DNA of 64,000 nt. Origin: Terriglobia bacterium (lineage in GTDB: Bacteria; Acidobacteriota; Terriglobia; JAJPHL01). The DNA is taken from positions 54,916 through 118,915 of the forward strand of contig JAJPHL010000035.1 of NCBI GenBank assembly GCA_021325275.1, read 5' to 3'. Shown here piece after piece: positions 8,916 through 17,961 of this stretch. Made by a program: the position numbers and the translations under genes. The first letter of the stretch is position 1. Each line of letters begins with the position of its first letter. The notes beneath the pieces were generated by a model that had not been told where the DNA came from, did not search any database, and was given only the letters and a program-made list of their open reading frames with translations.

Positions 8916-9329
8916 TTACATCACTTCAAATGCGTTGAAGAAGTACGACATCTCGAACTTCGCCGTCTCCGGCGCATCGGACCCGTGGATCACGTTGCGT
9001 TCAATCGACTCCGCGTACATCTTGCGGATCGTTCCCACCGTCGCATTCGCCGGATTCGTCGCGCCCATCACGTCGCGCAAACGGGAAATCGCGTCTTCGC
9101 GTTCCAAAATCATCGGCACGATGGGACCTTCGGTCATGAACTTCGTCAAGCTCGCGAAAAACGGGCGCTCGCGATGCACCGCGTAAAATCCTTCGGCTTC
9201 GGCCAGCGTCAAATGCACCATCTTCAGCGCAACGATGCGAAATCCTTCTTCCTGCAAACGCGCCACGATTTTTCCAGTGAGTCCGTTCGCCACCGCGTCT
9301 GGCTTGATGATTGAGAATGTGCGTTCCAT
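8916..9329 (-). CDS. ndk: Nucleoside-diphosphate kinase
   Basis: [13 protein letters not shown]...[12 protein letters not shown] with active-site His; canonical 137 aa. Confidence 0.95.
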   Translation of the reverse strand: MERTFSIIKPDAVANGLTGKIVARLQEEGFRIVALKMVHLTLAEAEGFYAVHRERPFFASLTKFMTEGPIVPMILEREDAISRLRDVMGATNPANATVGTIRKMYAESIERNVIHGSDAPETAKFEMSYFFNAFEVM

Positions 9330-9336
9330 ATTTGAG

Positions 9337-10212
9337 TTATTTTTTCCCGATTCGTTTGGCGAGCGCCTCGCCCATTTCCGCCGGCGACTTCACCACGGTA
9401 ATCCCCGCCGCCGTCATCGCTTTCATCTTGTCTTCCGCCGTGCCCTTGCCGCCCGAAATGATCGCACCCGCGTGCCCCATCCGTCGTCCCGGCGGCGCGG
9501 TTTGTCCGGCGACAAATCCCACCACCGGCTTCTTCATGTGCTTCCCGACGTACTCGGCGGCCTGCTCCTCGCCGTTTCCGCCGATTTCGCCGATCATGAT
9601 CACGGCGTCGGTCTCGGGATCCTCGTTGAACAAGCGCATCGCGTCAATGTGCGTGGTGCCGATGATCGGATCGCCGCCAATGCCGATGCACGTCGATTGT
9701 CCGATGCCCAGCGCGGTCAGTTGACCCACGGCTTCGTACGTGAGCGTCCCGCTGCGCGACACGACGCCGACGCGTCCAGGCAAGTGAATGTGCCCCGGCA
9801 TGATTCCAATTTTGCATTTGCCCGGCGAGATAATGCCCGGACAATTCGGTCCAATGAGCCGCGACGACGTTTGCTTCAACACGGCGTGCGCGCGAACCAT
9901 GTCCATCGTGGGAATGCCTTCCGTGATGCAGACGATCAGGGGGATTCCGGCATCGGCCGCTTCCATGATCGCTTCCGCGGCGAACATCGGCGGAACGAAA
10001 ACCACGGACGCATTCGGCTGCACTTCACGCACCGCGTCGGCGACGGTGTTGAACACCGGCAAGCCTTCGTGTTTCGTGCCGCCTTTCCCGGGCGTCACGC
10101 CGCCGACCACTTTGGTTCCGTACGCGATCGCTTGCTGCGCATGGAACGTTCCTTCCTTGCCCGTGAATCCTTGCACCAGGAGGCGCGTGTTTTCGTTGAC
10201 CTGAATGCTCAT
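9337..10212 (-). CDS. sucD: Succinyl-CoA synthetase alpha subunit
   Basis: [32 protein letters not shown], active-site His loop SRSGTLTYE. Confidence 0.95.
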   Translation of the reverse strand: MSIQVNENTRLLVQGFTGKEGTFHAQQAIAYGTKVVGGVTPGKGGTKHEGLPVFNTVADAVREVQPNASVVFVPPMFAAEAIMEAADAGIPLIVCITEGIPTMDMVRAHAVLKQTSSRLIGPNCPGIISPGKCKIGIMPGHIHLPGRVGVVSRSGTLTYEAVGQLTALGIGQSTCIGIGGDPIIGTTHIDAMRLFNEDPETDAVIMIGEIGGNGEEQAAEYVGKHMKKPVVGFVAGQTAPPGRRMGHAGAIISGGKGTAEDKMKAMTAAGITVVKSPAEMGEALAKRIGKK

Positions 10213-11390
10213 CGCGCACCTCCCGCTTGATTTCCAGCAGCCGCCGCCACGACTTTTTCCGCGGCGTCCTTCATGTCTTTCGCCACCGTGAATGCCAATC
10301 CGGATTTCTCGAGAATCTCGCGACCTTCTTTCACGTTCGTTCCTTCCATGCGCACGACAACGGGCAACGTCATCCCCAGCGCTTTCACGGCGTCCACCAC
10401 GCCGTTGGCCAGGCGATCGCAGCGCAAGATGCCGCCGAATACGTTGATCAACACGGCCCTCACGTTGGGATCGCTCATCAAAATGCGGAAGGCGTTTTTC
10501 ACTTGCTCGGCGTTCGCGCCGCCGCCCACGTCGAGGAAATTTGCGGGACTGCCGCCGGCGTACTTGATGATGTCCATGGTTGCCATCGCCAAGCCCGCGC
10601 CGTTCACCATGCAGCCGACGCTTCCGTCGAGCTTGATGTAGTTCAAGCTGTACTTGGCCGCTTCGATTTCGAGCGGCTCTTCTTCGTTCAAGTCGCGAAG
10701 TCCCGCGAATTCGGGATGGCGCGACATGGCGTTGTCGTCGAAACTGAACTTGGCGTCGAGCGCGATCACGCGATTGTCTTCGGTGAGAATCAACGGATTG
10801 ATTTCCGCCAGCGACGCGTCGGTTGCTTCAAACGCTTTCGCCAGCGCCGTCAACGTCGCCGAACCCGCCTTGATCGCTTCATTCGGCAATCCCAAACCGA
10901 AGGCCAGGCGGCGCGCTTGATAGCCTTGCAATCCCAGGCCCGGGCGCACCGGCTCTTTCAAAATCAATTCCGGAGTTTTCGCGGCGACTTCTTCAATCTC
11001 CATGCCGCCGGCCGAACTCGCCATGAACACGGGGCATCCGTAGCCGCGATCGATCACCAATCCCGCGTACAATTCCTTTTTGATCGGCAGCGTTTCCTCG
11101 ACGAGCACGCGATGTACCTTGCGTCCTTCGGGACCGGTTTGATGCGTGACCAGCGTCATGCCGAGAATTTGTCCGGCGATGCGCGCGGCGTCGTCGGGAC
11201 CATTGGCCAACTTCACGCCGCCACCCTTACCGCGTCCGCCGGCGTGAATTTGCGCCTTCACCACGACGCGTCCACCCAGACGTCCGGCGATGTCGGCGGC
11301 TTCTTCCGGCGTGTCGGCGACGTCGCCGCGAGGAACGGGCACACCGAACTTCTTCAGGGTTTCCTTGGCTTGGTATTCGTGAATTTTCAT
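10209..11390 (-). CDS. sucC: Succinyl-CoA synthetase beta subunit
   Basis: [23 protein letters not shown]-grasp domain; 4-nt overlap with sucD. Confidence 0.95.
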   Translation of the reverse strand: MKIHEYQAKETLKKFGVPVPRGDVADTPEEAADIAGRLGGRVVVKAQIHAGGRGKGGGVKLANGPDDAARIAGQILGMTLVTHQTGPEGRKVHRVLVEETLPIKKELYAGLVIDRGYGCPVFMASSAGGMEIEEVAAKTPELILKEPVRPGLGLQGYQARRLAFGLGLPNEAIKAGSATLTALAKAFEATDASLAEINPLILTEDNRVIALDAKFSFDDNAMSRHPEFAGLRDLNEEEPLEIEAAKYSLNYIKLDGSVGCMVNGAGLAMATMDIIKYAGGSPANFLDVGGGANAEQVKNAFRILMSDPNVRAVLINVFGGILRCDRLANGVVDAVKALGMTLPVVVRMEGTNVKEGREILEKSGLAFTVAKDMKDAAEKVVAAAAGNQAGGAR

Positions 11391-11550
11391 GGATGCTTGA
11401 AAGAGAGCCTATCGCAAGGTGCTAGAATGCTCTAGTTTAACACGGGTATTAGCCACCGAGACACGGAGAACACCGAGGAAAAACACCGACATCTCTCGCG
11501 GTTTTGTTTTCTCCGTGATCTCGATGTCTCGGTGCCTAATTTGGTTTTTT

Positions 11551-12600
11551 ATGCTCCACGAGGCCTTACACAAACTCGTTCACCACCACGCCGACCTGAC
11601 GCGCGAGGAATCGCGCGCCGTGATGGAGGAAATCCTTTCGGGACGCGAAGGGGATCCGCTGATCGCCGCGTTTCTCGCCGCGCTGGCCGTAAAAGGCGAA
11701 GCGGTGGAAGAATTGGTGGGCTTCGCGCAGGCGATTCGCGCGCGCGCCGTCGATCTCGGGATTCGAGTCGGCGAGGATTTGAGCGGCACCGAACGCGAGG
11801 CGCTCGTCGACACCTGCGGCACAGGTGGCGACGTGTCGGGGACATTCAACATTTCTACGGCTGTGTCATTTGTTGTCGCCGGGGCGGGCGTAAGGGTCGC
11901 CAAACACGGGAATCGCTCGGCCACGAGCAAGTGCGGCAGCGCCGACGTGATGGAAGCGCTTGGCGTGCGCCTCGATATGCCGGCGGCACGGCTGCATGAG
12001 GCGCTCGATCAAGTGGGGATTGTGTTTTTGTTCGCGCAGGCGATGCATTCGGCCATGAAGTACGCGGCGCCCGCGCGTCGCGCGCTGCGCCCGCTGCGAA
12101 CCGCCTTCAATTTGCTGGGACCGCTCACCAATCCCGCGGGCGCGTCGGCGCAAGTGGTCGGCGTGTACGAGAAGAAGTCGGCGGAAAAGCTCGCAGTGGC
12201 GTTGCGCGAACTCGGCGTGCAGCGCGCGTTCGTGGTGCACGGCCTCGACGGCCTCGACGAAATCACCACGACCACGGGAACGTACGTGGCGGAAGTGGGC
12301 ATCGACGGCGTGCGCTTCAGCTTCATCGCGCCGGAAGATTTCGGCGTGCCGCGCGCGACCATCGCTGACCTTGCGGGCAGCGACAACGCGCAGGAAAACG
12401 CGGTGCTGGTGCTCGACGTGCTGTCGGGCAAGCCGGGCCCGCGCCGCGACATCGTGCTGGTGAACGCGTCGGCGGCGCTGGTGGCCGCGGGCCGCGCGCG
12501 CGACTGGCTGGAAGGCGTCGCGATGGCCGCCGCGTCAATCGATTCGGGCGCGGCGCAGCGGAAGCTCACGATGCTGGCGGAGTTCTCGCAGCAGGCGTAA
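11551..12600 (+). CDS. trpD: Anthranilate phosphoribosyltransferase
   Basis: CGTGGDVSGTFNISTAVSFVVAGAGVRVAKHGNRSATSKCGSADVMEALG and the LTNPAGA motif. Start placed at MLHEALHKL (11551). Confidence 0.9.
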   Translation: MLHEALHKLVHHHADLTREESRAVMEEILSGREGDPLIAAFLAALAVKGEAVEELVGFAQAIRARAVDLGIRVGEDLSGTEREALVDTCGTGGDVSGTFNISTAVSFVVAGAGVRVAKHGNRSATSKCGSADVMEALGVRLDMPAARLHEALDQVGIVFLFAQAMHSAMKYAAPARRALRPLRTAFNLLGPLTNPAGASAQVVGVYEKKSAEKLAVALRELGVQRAFVVHGLDGLDEITTTTGTYVAEVGIDGVRFSFIAPEDFGVPRATIADLAGSDNAQENAVLVLDVLSGKPGPRRDIVLVNASAALVAAGRARDWLEGVAMAAASIDSGAAQRKLTMLAEFSQQA

Positions 12601-12688
12601 GACTTTTCAACCAGAAAGACACAAAGGACACAAAGAAAACCTTGATCCGGCGGTTATTACGTGCCACGATATTACGCGAGGCGTAATA

Positions 12689-13489
12689 ATGAAACGATGG
12701 CTTTGGATTCTCGCGGTGATGGCTGCGGCGCATCCCGCCTGTGCGCAACAAATGGGCGTGCGCGATTTCATCGCGGCGGCCAAAACGCAAAAACGCGCGC
12801 CTCTCGAATTCGAAGCAGCCTCGATTCATCCCACCGATCCGAAAGAACGCGGACAATACATGCTGCCGCGATCGCCCGTCCAAAACGAAGTGTTCGGCAC
12901 TACTTTGAAAGTGATGATCTGGGTAGTGTACCGGGTGACGCCGAGCCAGGTGGCGGGCGGACCGGATTGGATCGATAAGGAACGTTGGAACATCATCGGG
13001 AAAGCGGCGCGTCCGTCTTCGCGCGATCAACTCGCCGAGATGTTCGAGACATTACTGGCCAACCGCTTTCAACTGAAGTTCCACATCGAGTCGCGCAAAT
13101 TGCCGGCGCTCGTGTTGACCGTGGCGAAGCCCGGCAAACTCAAGGTGAACACGGCGAATTTGTCGGACTTCGACCGCTTGCCGATTCGCATGACGACGTT
13201 CGGCAAGTTCAGCGCCGAAGCCTGCGACATTCCGTACTTCACTTGGTGGATGGCGTCGAACATTTTGCACCAACCGGTGATCAATCGCACCAACCTCACT
13301 GAGAAGTACGACTTCAACGTACAGTTCGATCCGCGCCTGACCGTCAATCCCGATGACGAATCGAGCAACGCTACCGCGCTGCCTTCGCCTTACAGCGCGT
13401 TCAAAGACCAGCTCGGATTGAAACTGTCGAGAGGGACGGGGGCCGTCGACGTGATCGTGATCGATCACGCCGAAAAGCCGTCGAACTAG
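12689..13489 (+). CDS. TIGR03435-family protein (Acidobacteria-specific, 'Soli' C-terminal domain), signal peptide
   Basis: Signal peptide MKRWLWILAVMAAAHPACAQ. Family hallmarks: EFEAASIHPTDP, FQLKFH, LPALVLTVAKPGKLK, and the terminal GTGAVDVIVIDHAEKPS. Confidence 0.7.
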   Translation: MKRWLWILAVMAAAHPACAQQMGVRDFIAAAKTQKRAPLEFEAASIHPTDPKERGQYMLPRSPVQNEVFGTTLKVMIWVVYRVTPSQVAGGPDWIDKERWNIIGKAARPSSRDQLAEMFETLLANRFQLKFHIESRKLPALVLTVAKPGKLKVNTANLSDFDRLPIRMTTFGKFSAEACDIPYFTWWMASNILHQPVINRTNLTEKYDFNVQFDPRLTVNPDDESSNATALPSPYSAFKDQLGLKLSRGTGAVDVIVIDHAEKPSN

Positions 13490-15891
13490 CTTCCAATCGC
13501 GATCGCCTGAATGTATTCTTCGAGCGACTGCTGCGCTTTGTCGACCGCGTCCTGCAACTTTTGCGTTTCCGATTTGATCTGCGCCAAGCGATCCTCTTGC
13601 TCTTCCATTTGCCGGATGTAGCGCTGGCGCAGCGTCGTTTCGTCTTTGTGGTCGGGATTTAGTCTCGACAAGTTGTCGCGCAACCGGCTTTGATCCTTCT
13701 CGATCCCGCTTTTTTCGTTCGCGAGCGCTTGAAGCTTGTTGTTCTGCTCGGCAATCGCCGACTGCCGGCGGATCACTTCCCGAATCGCCTTTTCCGTCGC
13801 AGGGTCAAGCGACTTTTCGGTGAACCATGTGGAAATGTCGTCTTCGTCGATGTCGGAGATTTTGTAAGTGGTTTCGACGGGGTTCGATTCCTGCACCACA
13901 AGCTGCGTGGTGGTTTTCGGCTTTACCTCCACGCGGAAACGGTAGAATCCCGCGGTCGTTTCCGCGGGATCGGGCGTATCGACGAGCTTCCAGCCGGGCC
14001 GCAGCGTGTGTTCCACCACAACCACGCGCGGTTTGTCATCGTTATTGCGGATCACGTACGTTTTTTTCTCGCGCGCCTGGCGTGTTTGCGTCATCACGCC
14101 GTGAATGATCGTGGTTTTCGCCAGCCGCTCCTTCTCGCTATCGAGCGCGGAGGTGATCGCGAGCCCCGAATCGAGCGCGTAACTCAGCAGGCGGCGCTCG
14201 CCGGGATGGATCGCGTCGGTCAAGCCTTCGCCGGCGAAGGCGTTCGAGTCGATCACGTTGAACGATCCGGAGTCGAGTGTGAGTGGGCTCGAGTTTTTCA
14301 GCCACACCGCCAGGCGCGGACGACGGTCGCGGCCCGCCTCGTTGTAGACCACCACTTTTTCACCGTCGATTTCTGAGTTGACGATCGGCAGAAGCGCCGA
14401 TTGATTGCGGTGAATCGTCACGGGCTGGCGGATCTTGTATTCGAACTGATCGCCAACGGGTTGCGCGTCGGCGACTTCGGTGTCGCTTTCGCGAATCATG
14501 TTGCTCAGCGTTAAGCCTGGCTTCGGGGCGTAAACGACGTCCTCCTTGAGCCAGCGCGTGTTCCGCGACGACGAGACCGTCGCGTTCGACGTTTCCAGTG
14601 ACTGTAGGCTTTGAGCTGTCACCGTGACCGTCTCCGCTGTTGATCCCACGCTCAGCGCTGGATTCAAAGACGTCGCGCGTCCCGCCGTGACATTGACATT
14701 GGAGACTGCCATGTCTTTAAAACCGCGCATCGCGACTTTCACGGCGTACTTCCCGGGATCGAGTGTGGCTTCGAATCTCCCGTTGCTATCCGTGAAGACT
14801 TGCCGCATGTGTCCCTGGCCGTCGATAGATACCGTCGCACCGGGGATCACCGCGCCGGTGGCGTCAGTCACCGTTCCTGAAATCCCCGACGCGCCCGCTG
14901 GAAGCTCTAGCGTCGCTTCGTGCGTTTGCGGCGACACTTCAAATCCTTGCGCCATCGGGATCACGGGACGCCGCCCGTAAATCGGCTGCGACAAATTCTG
15001 GATGAAACTCACTGGCTGCCCGGCGACGAGTGAGAGGTCTACGTTCTCCCAATCGTTCGCCGTGGTGTTGTCGACAATCGCCCAGCCTTGCAGAAACGGC
15101 TTGCGTTGCGCGTCGAGCACCAAGCGATACGTCGTCTTCCAAATCGGCGACTCCGACGTGTAGCTGACCAGCAATCCGCGATCGCCGGCGCCTGTCGTGG
15201 CGATGCGCAGGCGACGCGAGTCGCGTTGATGCGCGGAGTCGAGCACGGTGAGATAGTCGCGCAGTTCCGCGGCGAGTTCCGGCTTCACGAGTCTCACACC
15301 CGCCGTCGACGGCAGTTCGATGGTGCGAACTTCGCCGTGCTGCGTGAGGAGATTCAACTGCATCGTTTGTCCAATGATGTATTCACCCGATTTTTTCTGG
15401 CGAATTTCGGCGCCCATCAATCTTCCGACGACCGGCGCGGCCGGCGCGCCACCGGTAGCCGGAGGCACCGCAACTTCTACCTCCGCGCCGGGAATGCGAT
15501 TGAGGAAATCGATCAACCCTTGCGCCGGATCGACCTTCACAGGAAGATCGCTCAGCCGCCGCGCGACGGATTCCGCCGAATCGTAGGTGATCGCGCCGAT
15601 TTGTCCGCGCCCGCGATCGATCACGGTGAGCGATTTCAGCACGTCGTCGAGCTGGCGGCTCGGCAGCAGAATCTCGACGTTTTGATTGCCCGTGACACGG
15701 CCGTCGTGCTCGAAGTATCCGAGGCCGTTTTTGTACAAAACCACTCGCTTGACCGGCAAGTCCTGCGGCCACAACGAACTTGCTCCAAAAAGCAGAAAGG
15801 CCGCCAGCGTGGCGGCCGTACGGAAACACAAAGATGTGCGACTCTGGCTAGAAGTCATGTTGCCCCCACCCGTTGCATGGCCTGTATGCAA
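13486..15891 (-). CDS. DUF4139 / TIGR02231-family large secreted protein with an inserted carboxypeptidase-regulatory-like beta-sandwich domain and a C-terminal coiled coil
   Basis: N-terminal VVLYKNGLGYFEH, central ISGTVTDATGAVIPGATVSIDG...GRFEATLDPGKYAVKV (CarbopepD_reg-like), DUF4139-like middle region, coiled-coil tail. Confidence 0.6.
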   Translation of the reverse strand: MHTGHATGGGNMTSSQSRTSLCFRTAATLAAFLLFGASSLWPQDLPVKRVVLYKNGLGYFEHDGRVTGNQNVEILLPSRQLDDVLKSLTVIDRGRGQIGAITYDSAESVARRLSDLPVKVDPAQGLIDFLNRIPGAEVEVAVPPATGGAPAAPVVGRLMGAEIRQKKSGEYIIGQTMQLNLLTQHGEVRTIELPSTAGVRLVKPELAAELRDYLTVLDSAHQRDSRRLRIATTGAGDRGLLVSYTSESPIWKTTYRLVLDAQRKPFLQGWAIVDNTTANDWENVDLSLVAGQPVSFIQNLSQPIYGRRPVIPMAQGFEVSPQTHEATLELPAGASGISGTVTDATGAVIPGATVSIDGQGHMRQVFTDSNGRFEATLDPGKYAVKVAMRGFKDMAVSNVNVTAGRATSLNPALSVGSTAETVTVTAQSLQSLETSNATVSSSRNTRWLKEDVVYAPKPGLTLSNMIRESDTEVADAQPVGDQFEYKIRQPVTIHRNQSALLPIVNSEIDGEKVVVYNEAGRDRRPRLAVWLKNSSPLTLDSGSFNVIDSNAFAGEGLTDAIHPGERRLLSYALDSGLAITSALDSEKERLAKTTIIHGVMTQTRQAREKKTYVIRNNDDKPRVVVVEHTLRPGWKLVDTPDPAETTAGFYRFRVEVKPKTTTQLVVQESNPVETTYKISDIDEDDISTWFTEKSLDPATEKAIREVIRRQSAIAEQNNKLQALANEKSGIEKDQSRLRDNLSRLNPDHKDETTLRQRYIRQMEEQEDRLAQIKSETQKLQDAVDKAQQSLEEYIQAIAIGS

Positions 15892-15939
15892 CTCTTGAGG
15901 CGTGAGACGCCTTACGCAACCGCAAGGTTCCAGGAAAAG

Positions 15940-16530
15940 TTACGCGGCCGTACCGCGCAGACCCAATTCGTCCGCCGCGCCCTGAAGCGCCTGGATGCAA
16001 AACTGTACGTGATCGGCGAGTTCCACGCCCATCGCCGCCGCGCCGTTGCGGATGTCGTCGCGATTCACGGAGCGCGCGAACGCTTTGTCCTTCATCTTCT
16101 TGATCACCGAGGGCGCTTCCACTTCGAAGATGCTCTTGTTGGGCTTCACAAGGGCGCACGCCGTCAGGAATCCCGCCAGTTCGTCGCAGGCGAAGAGCGC
16201 TTTTTCGAGCGGCGTCTCGCGCGACACGCCGCTGTACTCGGCGTGCGACAAGATCGCGCGCCGGAAAAACGGCGGATAGCCGCGGTCTTCCAGGATTTTC
16301 TCGCCGACAAAGGGGTGTTCCTGCGGCGTGGGGAATTGATCGTAGTCGAAATCGTGCAGCAGCCCGACGAGTCCCCAGGCTTCTTCGTTGGCGGGATCGA
16401 GTTTCTTGGCGTAGGCGCGCATGCACGCCTCCACGGCCAGGGCGTGCTTGATCAAACTTTCATTTTTGGTGTATTCGTGCAGCAAGGCCAGCGATGTAGC
16501 GCGGTCCAATTCCTTCGGTAGGCTTTCCAT
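15940..16530 (-). CDS. HD-domain (HDIG) phosphohydrolase
   Basis: H..HDxD metal-binding motif (HALAVEACM...GLLHDFDYD), ~196 aa. Confidence 0.75.
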   Translation of the reverse strand: MESLPKELDRATSLALLHEYTKNESLIKHALAVEACMRAYAKKLDPANEEAWGLVGLLHDFDYDQFPTPQEHPFVGEKILEDRGYPPFFRRAILSHAEYSGVSRETPLEKALFACDELAGFLTACALVKPNKSIFEVEAPSVIKKMKDKAFARSVNRDDIRNGAAAMGVELADHVQFCIQALQGAADELGLRGTAA

Positions 16531-16646
16531 GCGTAAAAATGTACCATAGCAGGCACGGCGGGCCGCCGATGGTCAAACAATTCACTTTCAAAATGTTCCG
16601 TGTTGTGCGAGGATAGCTCTCGGCGATTCACCTCGACGCGCTACGT

Positions 16647-17354
16647 ATGGCCACTTCCGTACGCGTTGAAACCATCCCTGTTACCAGCACGCCCGCCGGG
16701 AAGCTCCCGCCGATGAACGGCGCGGAGATTTCCGCGAGCCACATTGCCGCTCCCATCCCTGTTCAGGACAAAGACACCTCATCACCCGATGCTCGTCCTG
16801 TCGTGCGGTGCGACCGCTGCCGGCTGGTTCAGTTTCGGGCCTCCCACAATCGTTGCCGCCGCTGCATGATGCCGTTCGTGGTGGCCGCGCCTCCGCCGCC
16901 GGAACCGGTGGTGGAAGCCGAAGCCCATCCCGACATCGCCGCCGGCGTGCGCGCCTGGCGACAGCAGCGCGGCCTCACGCAGAAGCAACTCGCCTTCGCC
17001 GCGCATCTGCCGCGCACCTACATCTCGCGCATCGAGAACGGCCGCATTCTGCCCGGACTCTCCACGCTCGAGCGGGTCGCGGGCGCGTTGCACGTAGGAC
17101 TCGCGGCGCTGCTCGATCGACGCGGGTGCAACGGACACGGTCCAAACGGCAACGCCCTTCATCCGAATGGAAACGGCCACGCCTTCGTTCCCGATCCCGC
17201 CGTTTACGACACGGCGTCTGGAAACGGTCACGCGGTGATGAACGAGAACGAGGCGTTCTTACGCCAGATGGTCCGCTACTGCCGGCGCATGACGGTGGTG
17301 CAGCGCGCCGCGGTGATCGATCGCGTGAAGGCACTGGCGACGGCTGGACATTAG
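16647..17354 (+). CDS. XRE-family HTH transcriptional regulator with N-terminal CxxC...CxxC zinc ribbon and an (NGH)-repeat linker
   Basis: CDRCRLVQF...HNRCRRC; HTH WRQQRGLTQKQLAFAAHLPRTYISRIENGRILP; linker NGHGPNGNALHPNGNGHAF...SGNGHAV. Confidence 0.7.
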   Translation: MATSVRVETIPVTSTPAGKLPPMNGAEISASHIAAPIPVQDKDTSSPDARPVVRCDRCRLVQFRASHNRCRRCMMPFVVAAPPPPEPVVEAEAHPDIAAGVRAWRQQRGLTQKQLAFAAHLPRTYISRIENGRILPGLSTLERVAGALHVGLAALLDRRGCNGHGPNGNALHPNGNGHAFVPDPAVYDTASGNGHAVMNENEAFLRQMVRYCRRMTVVQRAAVIDRVKALATAGH

Positions 17355-17938
17355 GTCGTCAACAAACGATAGAGCGCGGCCACGGGCAAGCCCATCACGT
17401 TGTAGTAGCAGCCTTCGATTCGCTCGATAAACTTGGCCGCGCCGCCTTGGATTCCGTAGGCGCCCGCTTTGTCGCGCGGTTCACCCGTCGCGACATAGGC
17501 AGCGATTTCCTCATCGCTCATCGGCCCAAAGTACACGCGCGTGGACGCTACTTCCTCACGACGCGCGCCTCCCGCGCCTCCATCGAGGGGAACAACGCAA
17601 ATGGCCGTGAGCACGTCGTGCGCGCGACCGGCGAGCGATCGCAACATTTCCGCGGCGTGCGCGTCCGATTGCGGCTTGCCGAGCGCGCGGTGATCGAGGA
17701 TTACTTCGGTGTCCGCGCCCAACACCACGGCCCCCGGCCGCGTGCCCGCCGCGCGCGCGACATCTTGCGCTTTTTCCCGCGCCAATCGCGCGACATATTG
17801 CTCGCCGGTTTCCCCGGCGATTTGCTTTTCCTCAACTCTACTGGCGCGTACTTCAAACTGCACGCCCACAAGCGACAGCAACTCGCGGCGTCGCGGTGAC
17901 GCTGAGGCCAGGACCACATAAGGCAGCGCGTTGGGCAT
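17351..17938 (-). CDS. maf: Maf-family nucleoside-triphosphate pyrophosphatase (septum formation protein)
   Basis: VVLASASPRRRELL...GAYGIQG motifs. Convergent 4-nt overlap with the XRE gene. Confidence 0.85.
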   Translation of the reverse strand: MPNALPYVVLASASPRRRELLSLVGVQFEVRASRVEEKQIAGETGEQYVARLAREKAQDVARAAGTRPGAVVLGADTEVILDHRALGKPQSDAHAAEMLRSLAGRAHDVLTAICVVPLDGGAGGARREEVASTRVYFGPMSDEEIAAYVATGEPRDKAGAYGIQGGAAKFIERIEGCYYNVMGLPVAALYRLLTT

Positions 17939-17961
17939 TTGAAAGGTATACACTATTTCGC

